The notes below the pieces were generated by a model. The model had not been told where the DNA came from. It did not search any database and was given only the letters and a program-made list of their open reading frames with translations. DNA of 64,000 nucleotides from a virus. The DNA is taken from positions 12,525-76,524 of the IMG/VR virus record IMGVR_UViG_3300042386_001406; one strand, 5' to 3'. Of this stretch, positions 19,154-29,110 are shown in pieces. Numbering within the stretch: position 1 is the stretch's first letter; every line of letters starts with the position of its first letter. The position numbers and the translations under genes were made by a program.

Positions 19154-20539
19154 ATGAAAAAACCAATCAACGAAATAGAAAGACTTAAACTTATCGCTGG
19201 TTTAATTAACGAAATTAATTATAATGACTCAGTATACGGCGTTAAAAGAACAACATTAACTGAGGGTAAAAAGAAAAAAGAAGTTAAAGAATTATCTATA
19301 GACGTTGCTAACCCATACGAATACCGTATGGGTCTTCAATATGAACTAGAGCAAATGGATGACTATAGTAATGAATCTTTAGAAAAAGCTAAATCAATTG
19401 TATTGAAGAACTTAGCTAAAGATGTTAACTTCTATACTACTTTACTTAACCAAGATCAATCACCTTATAAGTTTGAAGCTCCTGAAACAGACAAACCAGG
19501 TATGCAAGCTAAAGCTGATGGTTATTTAAAGAAAGAATTAAAGAAAGATGCTAAAGCTAATGTACAAGATACATTAGGTAAAAAAGAAGCAGGTTCTAAA
19601 AAACCTAAAGGTGTTAAAGTAATGCCTGATAAAGGTGTAACTGGCTCTGAAAAAACCATTAAAGAGAATCTTATTAATGAGGTAATATTAAAAGTATATC
19701 ATTATGATCCATCATCAGGTGATTTAGAAGATGTGGATGTTGAATATTTTAGTTCTGAAGAAGAAGCTAAAAAAGCTGCTTTAGCTCATCATTGGCAAGT
19801 AGCTTTTGATAATGGAGATACAGATCTTAGTAAAGAAGATTTTATATCTCAAACTAACTTTGATGACTTTGAACCATATAACAACTACGATTATAAAATA
19901 GTATCTGATAAAGGTAATATTAAAGAAGGATTAGAAGAAGCTTCAAAAGATCCACATGACAAAGCTAAGGTAATGAAAGTGGATGGTAAATTCGAAGTTT
20001 ATACAACTCAAGATGGTGAAATAAAAACATTCGATAAAGAAGCTGATGCTAAAGCATTTGCTGATAAATATAACAGTGAGAATGTTAAAGAAGGTTCATT
20101 CATGGGTGGTGTTGATTTAGGTGCTTCATTTGATAAAATGAAAGGACAAATGAATGCTGAAGATGAATTTAATTCATTAATGTCTAAGTATGACTGGTAT
20201 TATGAAATGAGCGATGATCCACGTGCTTATGATCGTGGAACAGCTATGAATAGTAAATTAAAGATGTTAGGTAAGCAAATTGGTGTTGATAAAGCTATTG
20301 AATTATTCAACTCTAAAGCTCCATCTGATAGAAAAATAACATCTTCTTTCTTTATGGAAGGTGAAGATAAGCATTCTAAAATTAAAGAAGCATTAAAAGC
20401 TGCTTTAAAGAAAGCTTTAAAAGAAGAAGATCCAGCTATGGCTAGAATAGAAAAAGACGAAGAAGCCGCTGAAAAAGCTTTAGCACAAATATTAACAAAG
20501 AAAGCAGCTGTATTAGCTAAACCAGGAACCCAAGGATAA
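19154..20539 (+). CDS. Modular head-region protein
   Basis: INEIERLKLIAGL leader resembles the scaffold C-terminus RRMQQLAGI; many IKE/VKE linkers. Confidence 0.65.
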   Translation: MKKPINEIERLKLIAGLINEINYNDSVYGVKRTTLTEGKKKKEVKELSIDVANPYEYRMGLQYELEQMDDYSNESLEKAKSIVLKNLAKDVNFYTTLLNQDQSPYKFEAPETDKPGMQAKADGYLKKELKKDAKANVQDTLGKKEAGSKKPKGVKVMPDKGVTGSEKTIKENLINEVILKVYHYDPSSGDLEDVDVEYFSSEEEAKKAALAHHWQVAFDNGDTDLSKEDFISQTNFDDFEPYNNYDYKIVSDKGNIKEGLEEASKDPHDKAKVMKVDGKFEVYTTQDGEIKTFDKEADAKAFADKYNSENVKEGSFMGGVDLGASFDKMKGQMNAEDEFNSLMSKYDWYYEMSDDPRAYDRGTAMNSKLKMLGKQIGVDKAIELFNSKAPSDRKITSSFFMEGEDKHSKIKEALKAALKKALKEEDPAMARIEKDEEAAEKALAQILTKKAAVLAKPGTQG

Positions 20540-21168
20540 TGAACAAACAAGTATTAATAGAATATTATTCATTTACACCTTCGCCTCGTGCTTTGCATGA
20601 GGCAAAGTTGTCTCCATCTAAAAACTTAATTGTTGAAGGTGTAGTACAACGCGCAGATGCTAAAAACCAAAACGGACGTGTTTATCCTAAAGACACATTG
20701 AAACGTGAAGTTGAAAAATATATCCTTGGTCCAATAGCTGAAAACAGAGCATTAGGTGAACTAGACCACCCAGACTCATCAATCATTAACTTAAAGAATG
20801 TATGTCATAACATTAAATCTTTATGGTGGGATGGTGATGATTTAATGGGTAAAATTGAAGTATTACCTACACCAAGTGGTAATATATTAAAAGAATTATT
20901 TTTAAATAATATAACTGTTGGTATTTCTTCTCGTGGTATGGGTTCAGTAAAACCACTAGGTGAAGGAACAATGGAGGTACAAGATGACTTTGAATTATTA
21001 TGTTGGGATTTTGTTTCAACACCATCAACTCAAGGCGCATTTATGAGACCAACAGGACTAAGTGAAAGTTATGTACCTGGTACTCGTTCATTTGGTAAGT
21101 ATACTAAAGTAAATAATCTAATCTCAGAAATTATTTGTAGTCAAACAGGTGTTTGCTGCATTAGATAA
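20539..21168 (+). CDS. Prohead protease (T4 gp21-like)
   Basis: NQNGRVYP, ALGELDHP, VGISSRGMGS, DFVSTPST.GA. Confidence 0.95.
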   Translation: MNKQVLIEYYSFTPSPRALHEAKLSPSKNLIVEGVVQRADAKNQNGRVYPKDTLKREVEKYILGPIAENRALGELDHPDSSIINLKNVCHNIKSLWWDGDDLMGKIEVLPTPSGNILKELFLNNITVGISSRGMGSVKPLGEGTMEVQDDFELLCWDFVSTPSTQGAFMRPTGLSESYVPGTRSFGKYTKVNNLISEIICSQTGVCCIR

Positions 21169-21197
21169 GCCCCGCTATAGTCTCAGCATTATAGCTC

Positions 21198-21231
21198 TGA
21201 ACCCAGCCCCGTAAGGCTGGGTTTCATTTTT
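21198..21231 (+). terminator. Rho-independent terminator
   Basis: ACCCAGCC-CCGTAA-GGCTGGGT plus T run. Confidence 0.75.
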
Positions 21232-21361
21232 ATCGCTTTGAGCACTTTTCACATATTTATGAACATCCCACATATGAGATCTCCAATATCTCATTAATTT
21301 AACGTTTTTAATCTTATATTGCTTCCCCTACTAATAAGCAATCAAAAAGGAGAAAATTCAG

Positions 21362-22699
21362 ATGACAAATCAAGAATTATTCAGTCAAGCAATTGCTGAT
21401 GCTAAAGCTGTTCGCGACGCTGCGGTAGCAAATGCTAAAGCCGCTCTTGAAGAAACATTTACTCCAAAAATCATGTCTATGCTTTCAGCTAAATTAAATG
21501 AGTTGGAAGAAGAAGGATTAGAAGAGAAAATGGAAAAAGAAGAAGAAGGCTACAAAAAAGAAGAAGGCCATGAAGCCGAAATTGGTTATGGAGCTGCTTC
21601 ACAAAAACCTCAAATTGAAGGTGAAATGGAAGAAGCTGACAACATGGAAGAAGCTGATCTAGAAGAAATCTTAGCCCAACTTGAAGCTGAAGAAAAAGGC
21701 AAGAAAGAAGAAGGCAAAGAAGAAATGGAAGAGGCTAAAAAAGACATGGAAGAAGGTAAAAAAGAAGTTGAAGAAGCTAAGAAAAAAGACAACGACAAAA
21801 AAGAAAAAGTTGAAGAGTCTTTAGAAGAAGCTGAAGGTGACGACGAAGTTACTGAACTCACTGTCGATGAGCTTAAAGACATTATCCGTGACGTATTAAA
21901 AGACGTAATGGGTGGTGGAGAAGAAGCTGGTGAAGAAGAACTTGAAATGGATGATGAAGCTGGTGAAGAAGAGGAAACTGAAGATGAAGAATCTATCAGC
22001 CTCGATGAATTATTAGCTGAATTAGACAAAGAAGAAGGTAAGAAAGTTGAAGAGAAAAAAGAAGTTGAGGAAAAGAAAGAAAAAGTTGAAGAAGCCACAG
22101 AAGTAGAAGAAGGCATCTCTGATGTTAAAAATTTCTTCTTAAAAGTAGCTGATGACATTAAAAAAGGACTTGGTTTAGCATGTGTTCAAGAATACAATGC
22201 TGCTATCAAAGCTGGTAAATCAGACAAAGAAGCAAGAATCATATATGACACTTGCTTATCTGGTGAAAAAGGCGGATTCCAAGGTCCATCTGTTACTAAA
22301 GCTACATCTGGTATTGCTGAAAAGAAAGATGAAATGGAAGAAGCTAAGAAAGACTTAGAAGAAGCTATTTCTACTATCAAGACTTTGCAAACTGAACTTA
22401 ACGAAGTTAATCTCTTAAATGCGAAACTTCTTTATACAAATAAGATCTTCAAAGCTAAGTCTTTAAATGAAGCTCAAAAAGTTAAGGTATTAAAAGCTTT
22501 TGATAAAGCTACAAATGTAAGCGAAGTTAAAACTGTTTACAACACTTTATCTGAGTCTTTTGAAACTAAAACTAAAACTACAATTAAAGAATCAGTTGGA
22601 TTTGCTTCTAAAGCAGTAGGTGTTGCCCCTGCCCAACCGATTGTAGAAGGTGATGCTGCTATTCGCCGTATGCAACAATTAGCGGGAATCGTAAAATAA
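21362..22699 (+). CDS. Prohead scaffold/core protein (gp22-like)
   Basis: Very acidic coiled-coil protein between protease and capsid; many LEE/MEE/VEE sites. Confidence 0.8.
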   Translation: MTNQELFSQAIADAKAVRDAAVANAKAALEETFTPKIMSMLSAKLNELEEEGLEEKMEKEEEGYKKEEGHEAEIGYGAASQKPQIEGEMEEADNMEEADLEEILAQLEAEEKGKKEEGKEEMEEAKKDMEEGKKEVEEAKKKDNDKKEKVEESLEEAEGDDEVTELTVDELKDIIRDVLKDVMGGGEEAGEEELEMDDEAGEEEETEDEESISLDELLAELDKEEGKKVEEKKEVEEKKEKVEEATEVEEGISDVKNFFLKVADDIKKGLGLACVQEYNAAIKAGKSDKEARIIYDTCLSGEKGGFQGPSVTKATSGIAEKKDEMEEAKKDLEEAISTIKTLQTELNEVNLLNAKLLYTNKIFKAKSLNEAQKVKVLKAFDKATNVSEVKTVYNTLSESFETKTKTTIKESVGFASKAVGVAPAQPIVEGDAAIRRMQQLAGIVK

Positions 22700-22728
22700 A
22701 CAATTTAAAAAACAAAAATTCATTCAAA

Positions 22729-24396
22729 ATGAGTCAAATTCAATCTTTAATCGAATCTGCTAACCCATGGCAGTCACAGCAAGGCGAGGCTTCTCGTTTA
22801 GCTAACAAGTGGGAAAAATCAGGTTTGTTAGAAGGTCTTACTGACTACAACAAATCTAATATGGCTGTAATGCTTGAGAACCAAGCTAAGCAATTAGTTG
22901 TTGAACAGTCAAACACTGGAACTGGTGGTACTTTTACTCCAGGAACTGGTGAGCAGTGGGCTGGCGTAGCTTTACCACTCGTTCGTAAGGTATTCGGACA
23001 AATCGCTTCTAAAGAATTCGTTTCTGTACAACCAATGAGCTTACCAGCTGGTTTAGTGTTCTTCTTAGATTTCCAATACGGAACTAATAAAGATCCATTC
23101 ACTTCTGGTAATTCACTTTATGGTACAGCTTACACTCAAGGTGATTCTGGCTTTGGTAACTTAGCTCAGGGTGGTCTTTATGGTGCTGGCCGTTGGGGTT
23201 ATTCAGTTAACCAATTCTCATCTTCATTAACTGGTGCTACATCTGCAGCTGCTGCTACATTTGATGCTATCAACTGGGATTCTGATTATTCTCAGTCTAT
23301 TGTTAATAGCAAGATCATTCAAATTGCTTTCACAACTGGTTCAGCTGGTTTCCCAACTAACTTTGATGTGAATGGTGTTCGTGATCTTTATTTGATCGAT
23401 GGTACTCCTGCTTCTCCAGGAACTGTTATCACTTCAGCTACATTATTACCTCAGTTTACTACAATTGCTGGTGGTACAGTTAAGTTATTCGTAACTGCTT
23501 CTGGTGTTGCTGCTGTTAACGCTATCACAGGTGGTATGACTTTATTCTTCAACAAGAAGACTGCTGATAACGCTCGTGGTGATTTTGAAAATGCTGCTGG
23601 TGCTGGTTATCCAAACGCAGAAAGCAATACAGAAATCGTAATCCCAGAGATCAATGTACAATTACGTTCTGAGACTATTGCTGCTAAAACTCGTAAGTTA
23701 AAAGCACAATGGACTCCAGAATTCGCTCAAGACTTAAACGCTTACCAAAACTTGGATGCTGAAGCTGAATTAACTTCTATGTTATCAGAGTACATCTCTT
23801 TAGAGATCGACTTAGAAATCATGGATATGTTAATCCAGAACGCTCCAATCGTTGAACAATGGTCAGCTAAAGTGGGCGGTACTGTAACTGCAGGTTCATC
23901 TAACATTGCTTACAACACATCAGGTGTTTATTACACTCAGATGACTTGGTTCCAAACTTTAGGTATCAAATTACAAAAAGTTTCTAACCAAATTCACCAA
24001 CGTACTTTACGTGGTGGTGCTAATTTCATGGTAGTTTCTCCAACTGTAGCTACTATCCTTGAGTCAATTCCAGGATTTGCAGCTGATACAGACGGTGCAG
24101 CTGACAACATGAAGTATGCATTCGGCGTACAGAAAATTGGTCAATTAAACAGCCGTTACAAAGTTTACAAGAATCCTTACATGATCGAGAATACTATCTT
24201 AATGGGATTCCGTGGTAACCAATTCTTAGAGACTGGTGCTGTTTATGCTCCATACATTCCGTTAATCATGACTCCATTAGTGTACGATCCAAATACCTTC
24301 ACTCCAAGAAAAGGTATCATGACTCGTTACGCGAAGAAAATGGTACGTCCTGAATTCTACGGTAAGGTATTTATTGCTGACTTACAAGTTATCTAA
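22729..24396 (+). CDS. Major capsid protein (T4 gp23-like)
   Basis: VSVQPMSLPAGLVF, AKTRKLKAQWTPEFAQDL, EIDLEI, YAPYIPL, FTPRKGIMTRY. Confidence 0.97.
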   Translation: MSQIQSLIESANPWQSQQGEASRLANKWEKSGLLEGLTDYNKSNMAVMLENQAKQLVVEQSNTGTGGTFTPGTGEQWAGVALPLVRKVFGQIASKEFVSVQPMSLPAGLVFFLDFQYGTNKDPFTSGNSLYGTAYTQGDSGFGNLAQGGLYGAGRWGYSVNQFSSSLTGATSAAAATFDAINWDSDYSQSIVNSKIIQIAFTTGSAGFPTNFDVNGVRDLYLIDGTPASPGTVITSATLLPQFTTIAGGTVKLFVTASGVAAVNAITGGMTLFFNKKTADNARGDFENAAGAGYPNAESNTEIVIPEINVQLRSETIAAKTRKLKAQWTPEFAQDLNAYQNLDAEAELTSMLSEYISLEIDLEIMDMLIQNAPIVEQWSAKVGGTVTAGSSNIAYNTSGVYYTQMTWFQTLGIKLQKVSNQIHQRTLRGGANFMVVSPTVATILESIPGFAADTDGAADNMKYAFGVQKIGQLNSRYKVYKNPYMIENTILMGFRGNQFLETGAVYAPYIPLIMTPLVYDPNTFTPRKGIMTRYAKKMVRPEFYGKVFIADLQVI

Positions 24397-24418
24397 TAAA
24401 TAACCCTTAGAGTTAAAG

Positions 24419-24451
24419 AAAGACCCGAGCGCAAGCTCGGGTTTTTTCTTT
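24419..24451 (+). terminator. Rho-independent terminator after the capsid gene
   Basis: ACCCGAGC-GCAA-GCTCGGGT plus T run. Confidence 0.85.
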
Positions 24452-24475
24452 CATATTTATAGCAAATAATGTTAT

Positions 24476-25144
24476 ATGCGTGAACCAAATCGTGAGAGGA
24501 AGAATGACATTAAATCTATTAATGCGTTACAGTTAAATGAAGAACAAAAAGAAGCAAAACGATTAATAGTAGAAAATCAAGTAGTAATTATAACAGGTAG
24601 AGCGGGATCAGGTAAATCATTAGTATGTGCTCAAGCCGCCTTAGATTTTCTTAAGAAAAAACAAATTAGTTGTATTTACAACACACGAGCAGCTATTGAA
24701 GTAGGTAAATCATTAGGATTTCTACCAGGTGATATTAATGGTAAGTTTGATCCATACATGGAAGCATTAGTTGAAAATCTAGTTAAATGTTGTTCAAATA
24801 AAAATGAAGTACCTGAATTAATTGAGGAAGGTAAAGTTAAAGCTATGCCTGTACAATTTATTAGAGGTAAAACTATAGACGACATACTAATTGTAGAAGA
24901 GGCTCAAAACCTAACTAAAGGCGAAATGTTAGCTATATTAACTCGTTTAGGTAAAACAGGTAAAATAGTGATTAACGGCGATAATGAGCAAACTGATATC
25001 AAAACACCTACTGGTGAAATAAACGGGTTATCTTACGCTATTGAATTATCTAAAAAGATTGAAGAAATTAAGTGGATTAAACTAAAAGAAAACCACAGAT
25101 CTGATTTAGTAGGTAAAATACTTGAATACGAATACGGGAAATAA
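24476..25144 (+). CDS. phoH: PhoH-family ATPase
   Basis: GRAGSGKS, LGFLPGD, FIRGKT, EEAQN, LTRLG, GD.EQTD, HRS. Confidence 0.92.
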   Translation: MREPNRERKNDIKSINALQLNEEQKEAKRLIVENQVVIITGRAGSGKSLVCAQAALDFLKKKQISCIYNTRAAIEVGKSLGFLPGDINGKFDPYMEALVENLVKCCSNKNEVPELIEEGKVKAMPVQFIRGKTIDDILIVEEAQNLTKGEMLAILTRLGKTGKIVINGDNEQTDIKTPTGEINGLSYAIELSKKIEEIKWIKLKENHRSDLVGKILEYEYGK

Positions 25145-25175
25145 TAATATTTATATTAGAATAATACTAATATAA

Positions 25176-26816
25176 ATGGCGCAAAACCTTACACAATTAT
25201 ACGGAGCTGGTAACATATCAACTGGATTTGGTTCTTTAACTACAGTTAAAGGCAATACCCCGTTTGGATATTTTGACAATGATACAGAGTTTGTTAGAGA
25301 TGCTAAAAACTGTACTGTATTTGTAGCCCAACGTTTAGGAATTACATCTGGTATTGGTGCTGGTTTATTTTTAAATTTAAGTGATATTGGTGTTTATGCC
25401 GCATTTGAAGAAGCAGTATTAACATATGGTAACATGGTTTACCAATATAAAATCAGAGACAACTATATTAACTTAGAAGGTTCTGAAACAGATGTATTTA
25501 ACCAATCTAGTACAACTTTAATTAATAGTGTTTCTAACAGAACACCTATATTCTGGTCTCCAGCTCGTACTGCTAAATGGGATGAAATTGGAAATGATAC
25601 TTTCTATTCTCAATCTATTGTAGATAGTGAGGTATTTGTAATGTCAGCTTCATTAAGTGACTTTGTTGCTCCAAATTTAGATTTTTTAAATAACTTTACT
25701 TTAGCAGGTGATGCTTTTTATAATGGTAGTAGTAATGTCAATTTATCAAGAGTTGTATTAAATCAATTTAATAAAGTAGCTGGCCCAACTTCTGGATCAA
25801 ACAATATTATAACTAATGGTAGTGACTTTATTTATTTCTTTACTGTTGATCCAGGTGTGAGTGGAGGATATCCATCTCGTTTTAATAACTATTCTACAAA
25901 TGGTATTCCAACAGTTTATTATCAAGCTCGTTTACAAAACGAATTGAATAATAAAGTATTAAATAATAACTTAGCAGCTCAAATTAGAATAGCTGACACT
26001 TATGGAGGTGAAGCTAGTGTAGGTGGTACAGTATTAGAATATACTGGATCACTTACTTTAATTCCTAACCAACAAAATTATGACTTAAATGCTTGGGCCG
26101 CTGATTCTGCCTCATTACAAGATGGAGATTCAATAGAAGTAAGACAAATATTTTATCAAGAACCTCCAGCAATTGTAAGATACTTTGATCCATATGCTGG
26201 TACAGGTACTGGTGTTCAAGGATTACTTGAAACATTTGGATTTGGTTCTTACTCACCTGGTATTAACTTTATGTTAATGCCTGTATATTGGGACATTCAA
26301 AAGATTCAAGCAATTGAATTTAACGACCAAGTAAGAAAATCAGCTTTTAGCTTTGATTTAGTTGATAATCAACTTAGATTATTTCCTGTACCTGGTGACA
26401 TATATATAGGGCATAAATTATGGTTTAGATATGTTAAGAAAATGGATAAAAACAAACCTACAGTTAGTACTGTGAGGAATGTTGTATCTGATGTAATGAG
26501 AGTTCCTTATCGTAATCCAATTTACTCTAATATTAACCATGTAGGTAGAATGTGGGTTTATAGATATACTTTAGCTATCTGTAAAGAAATAGAAGGACAA
26601 GTTAAAACAGCCTTAGATACAGGACAAATTCCAGGTATGTTTAAAGGTACTGAATTATTAACTGATGCTAGACAAGAAAAACAAGACTTAATGACTGAAT
26701 TAAAAGAGATGCTTAATGAAGTTTCTCGTAGAGCTCAATTAGAGCGTAAACAACAAGAGGCTGACTTTACTCGTCAATCAATGAATCAAGTACCATTATT
26801 AATTTACGCTTTATAA
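25176..26816 (+). CDS. Neck/head-tail adaptor (gp13-like) with large insertion
   Basis: Position after the capsid; W..RYTLA..KE..G motif and LL.DA.QEK..L..EL C-terminus. Confidence 0.7.
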   Translation: MAQNLTQLYGAGNISTGFGSLTTVKGNTPFGYFDNDTEFVRDAKNCTVFVAQRLGITSGIGAGLFLNLSDIGVYAAFEEAVLTYGNMVYQYKIRDNYINLEGSETDVFNQSSTTLINSVSNRTPIFWSPARTAKWDEIGNDTFYSQSIVDSEVFVMSASLSDFVAPNLDFLNNFTLAGDAFYNGSSNVNLSRVVLNQFNKVAGPTSGSNNIITNGSDFIYFFTVDPGVSGGYPSRFNNYSTNGIPTVYYQARLQNELNNKVLNNNLAAQIRIADTYGGEASVGGTVLEYTGSLTLIPNQQNYDLNAWAADSASLQDGDSIEVRQIFYQEPPAIVRYFDPYAGTGTGVQGLLETFGFGSYSPGINFMLMPVYWDIQKIQAIEFNDQVRKSAFSFDLVDNQLRLFPVPGDIYIGHKLWFRYVKKMDKNKPTVSTVRNVVSDVMRVPYRNPIYSNINHVGRMWVYRYTLAICKEIEGQVKTALDTGQIPGMFKGTELLTDARQEKQDLMTELKEMLNEVSRRAQLERKQQEADFTRQSMNQVPLLIYAL

Positions 26817-26820
26817 TATT

Positions 26821-27588
26821 ATGTTTTCAAATACTTATCCAAGAAGATTTTTCATGCCTGATGATCCAAATGATGGAAATGGACCTATAAACCAAGCTAC
26901 ACCAACACCTACCCCAACACCAGGACCAACATCCACTCCAACTCCAACTCCTACAGCAACACCAACTGGGGCTCCTACTTTTACACCAACCCCAACTCCA
27001 TTACCAACATCTACACCTACACCAACTGAAACTCCTATACCTACAGATACACCAACTCCAACACCAACTCCAACACCAACACCACAATGTATTGACTTTG
27101 CTAGTCCACAACTAGTACAAGCATCACTTGTATCATTTTTAACTGATAGAGTACTTTACTATAAGTTAAATTTAGAGCAAACTCAAAAGAATATATATGG
27201 TGAATCATTAGAAAAATGGTATTATGAGGCTATAGAAACAAAAGGAGCTGTAACAAGAGATCCTGAAACTATAGATAATGAAATGTTTGGACCTGATATA
27301 ATGCAGCATATCACTATTCAGTTACCTGAGGCTGTATTAAATCCAAATAATCCATTTAATATAATAGTTCCTATAAACATAATACCAGAAATAGGAGATA
27401 TAATTTTTGATATTGGTAGAGAAAGATATTATGAAATACATAACATAGTAATAGACTATTATCCTATAGTTTCAAATATTGGTGTTACAAGTCTAAGTTG
27501 CCCTCCAGTTAAAATACTGAAGTATGATTTAGATTGTTATATGACAAGAGTAAGTAGACTTAATTTATTACCTTATAAATTATTATAA
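26821..27588 (+). CDS. Head closure/neck protein (gp14-like) with N-terminal Pro-Thr repeat
   Basis: VLYYK..NIYGES..K and PEIGDII...YYEI motifs; synteny. Confidence 0.6.
   Translation: MFSNTYPRRFFMPDDPNDGNGPINQATPTPTPTPGPTSTPTPTPTATPTGAPTFTPTPTPLPTSTPTPTETPIPTDTPTPTPTPTPTPQCIDFASPQLVQASLVSFLTDRVLYYKLNLEQTQKNIYGESLEKWYYEAIETKGAVTRDPETIDNEMFGPDIMQHITIQLPEAVLNPNNPFNIIVPINIIPEIGDIIFDIGRERYYEIHNIVIDYYPIVSNIGVTSLSCPPVKILKYDLDCYMTRVSRLNLLPYKLL
26897..27084 (+). repeat. (Pro-Thr)n low-complexity repeat
   Basis: Alternating ACN-CCN codons encoding TPTPTP. Confidence 0.9.
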
Positions 27589-28826
27589 TGCCTAAAACTA
27601 GAAAACCAAGACCAAAAAATCTTCGTGAGATATATGATGAAGCATTAGGCACTAATGCTCAAGATCCTAATTTAGGATTAAGAGCATCAGATAACTTTGT
27701 CAATAGAGGAAACGAAGTATCTACAAAAGGTGATAGAACAAAAGATATATCCATTAGTATAATGGATATTGATACTTCTATTATTAAATATATTGAACAA
27801 AAAGTTAAACCATCTATAATGCAAGATGGTAATCGACTTCAAGTACCTGTAATGTATGGTTTCCCAGAGCGTTGGGCAACAATTCAAGAAAAAGGATTTT
27901 TAAGAGAATACTCAGGAAGATTTGTAGCACCTGTTATTGTATTGAAACGTGATAGTTTAGAGGCAAATAGAACTTTAGGAACTAAAATTGATGCTAACCG
28001 ACCACAAAATATATATGCATTTGAAGTACCATATACAAAGAAAAATCAATACGATAATTTTGCAGCTCTCTCAAATAGAATCCCTGTTAAGGAATATAGG
28101 ATGGTTGTAATGCCTGAATATGTTACTTTAAAGTATAGTGCTGTTGTGTTTACAAATCATTTAGAACAAAATAATAAAATTATAGAGGCATTACAATATG
28201 CCGCTAACACATATTGGGGTGAAGAAGGTAGATTTCAATTTAGAGCTAATATTGGTTCTTTTACTACATCAACAGAATATAGTGTAGGACAAGATAGAAC
28301 AACAAGAACTAACTTTGATATCACTTTAAATGGATACATCATTCCAGACACAGTAAATAGAGATATTTCTTATCCTAAAAAATATTTATCAAAAGCACAA
28401 TTAGTATTTAATTTAGAAACTGATGATGTAGATATATTCACTATTGGAACTACACCATCAAATACTGTTAAAAAACAAGCTGTTAACTTCCCAACACCAG
28501 CTCAAAATATTGAGATTGTAGATGCTTCAAATGCTGTTGTAGCTTATTTAGCAGGTATTGTGACTAAAACTGGAGGTGACTTACAAATTATGAGTTACAA
28601 CACTTTACGTGTATTAAATAGTACCATAACACCAGCACCACCTCCATTACCTCCTACTGATAAAACTGCTTTTGAGGTGGTAATCAACGCAACTTATATA
28701 CCTAACAACCTTATTGTATCTGTAACACAAAATGGAGCTAATGTTGATATAGTTATTGACACAGTAGGATTAGGGTACAATTTAACAACAACAAATGGAG
28801 TTTCAGTAGTTGGTAAATTCTCGTAA
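27588..28826 (+). CDS. Tail terminator/sheath stabiliser (gp15-like) with C-terminal extension
   Basis: VPVMYG.PERW, P..VTL.Y....TN..EQ.N.IIE, F.ITLNGYI; synteny. Confidence 0.65.
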   Translation: MPKTRKPRPKNLREIYDEALGTNAQDPNLGLRASDNFVNRGNEVSTKGDRTKDISISIMDIDTSIIKYIEQKVKPSIMQDGNRLQVPVMYGFPERWATIQEKGFLREYSGRFVAPVIVLKRDSLEANRTLGTKIDANRPQNIYAFEVPYTKKNQYDNFAALSNRIPVKEYRMVVMPEYVTLKYSAVVFTNHLEQNNKIIEALQYAANTYWGEEGRFQFRANIGSFTTSTEYSVGQDRTTRTNFDITLNGYIIPDTVNRDISYPKKYLSKAQLVFNLETDDVDIFTIGTTPSNTVKKQAVNFPTPAQNIEIVDASNAVVAYLAGIVTKTGGDLQIMSYNTLRVLNSTITPAPPPLPPTDKTAFEVVINATYIPNNLIVSVTQNGANVDIVIDTVGLGYNLTTTNGVSVVGKFS

Positions 28827-28831
28827 AAAAC

Positions 28832-29104
28832 ATGGCAAATTTAATACAAGGATATCAGTTAGACATACCATTTTACCTGAGCGGAAGTTCAGGTACATTT
28901 TTATTTAGTGGGAGTTATGTTGAAATTAATTCTATAACTTCTAGTACTGATTTCTTTATTATTAAAGATAATGGACAACAAGTATTTAAAGTTAACAAAC
29001 AGGGTGTTGTTGAATTTAAAGAGATTTTAAACACACCAACAGTTGTAACTGGAGGTTTATTTTATAGTGCCTCAGATGAATGGTTTTTATATCATAGACA
29101 ATAA
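28832..29104 (+). CDS. Small virion/fibre-associated protein
   Basis: C-terminus similar to that of the 29111 ORF. Confidence 0.55.
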   Translation: MANLIQGYQLDIPFYLSGSSGTFLFSGSYVEINSITSSTDFFIIKDNGQQVFKVNKQGVVEFKEILNTPTVVTGGLFYSASDEWFLYHRQ

Positions 29105-29110
29105 TTAATA

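Noticed and set aside
21168-21231. tRNA in the GC-richer intergenic segments
   Set aside because: No cloverleaf or TTCGA T-loop; explained by short hairpins and terminators.
13112-24396. Introns or inteins in terminase, portal or capsid
   Set aside because: Uninterrupted ORFs of plausible length; no intein or homing motifs seen.
24476-25144. phoH as a novelty
   Set aside because: Common in large aquatic phages.
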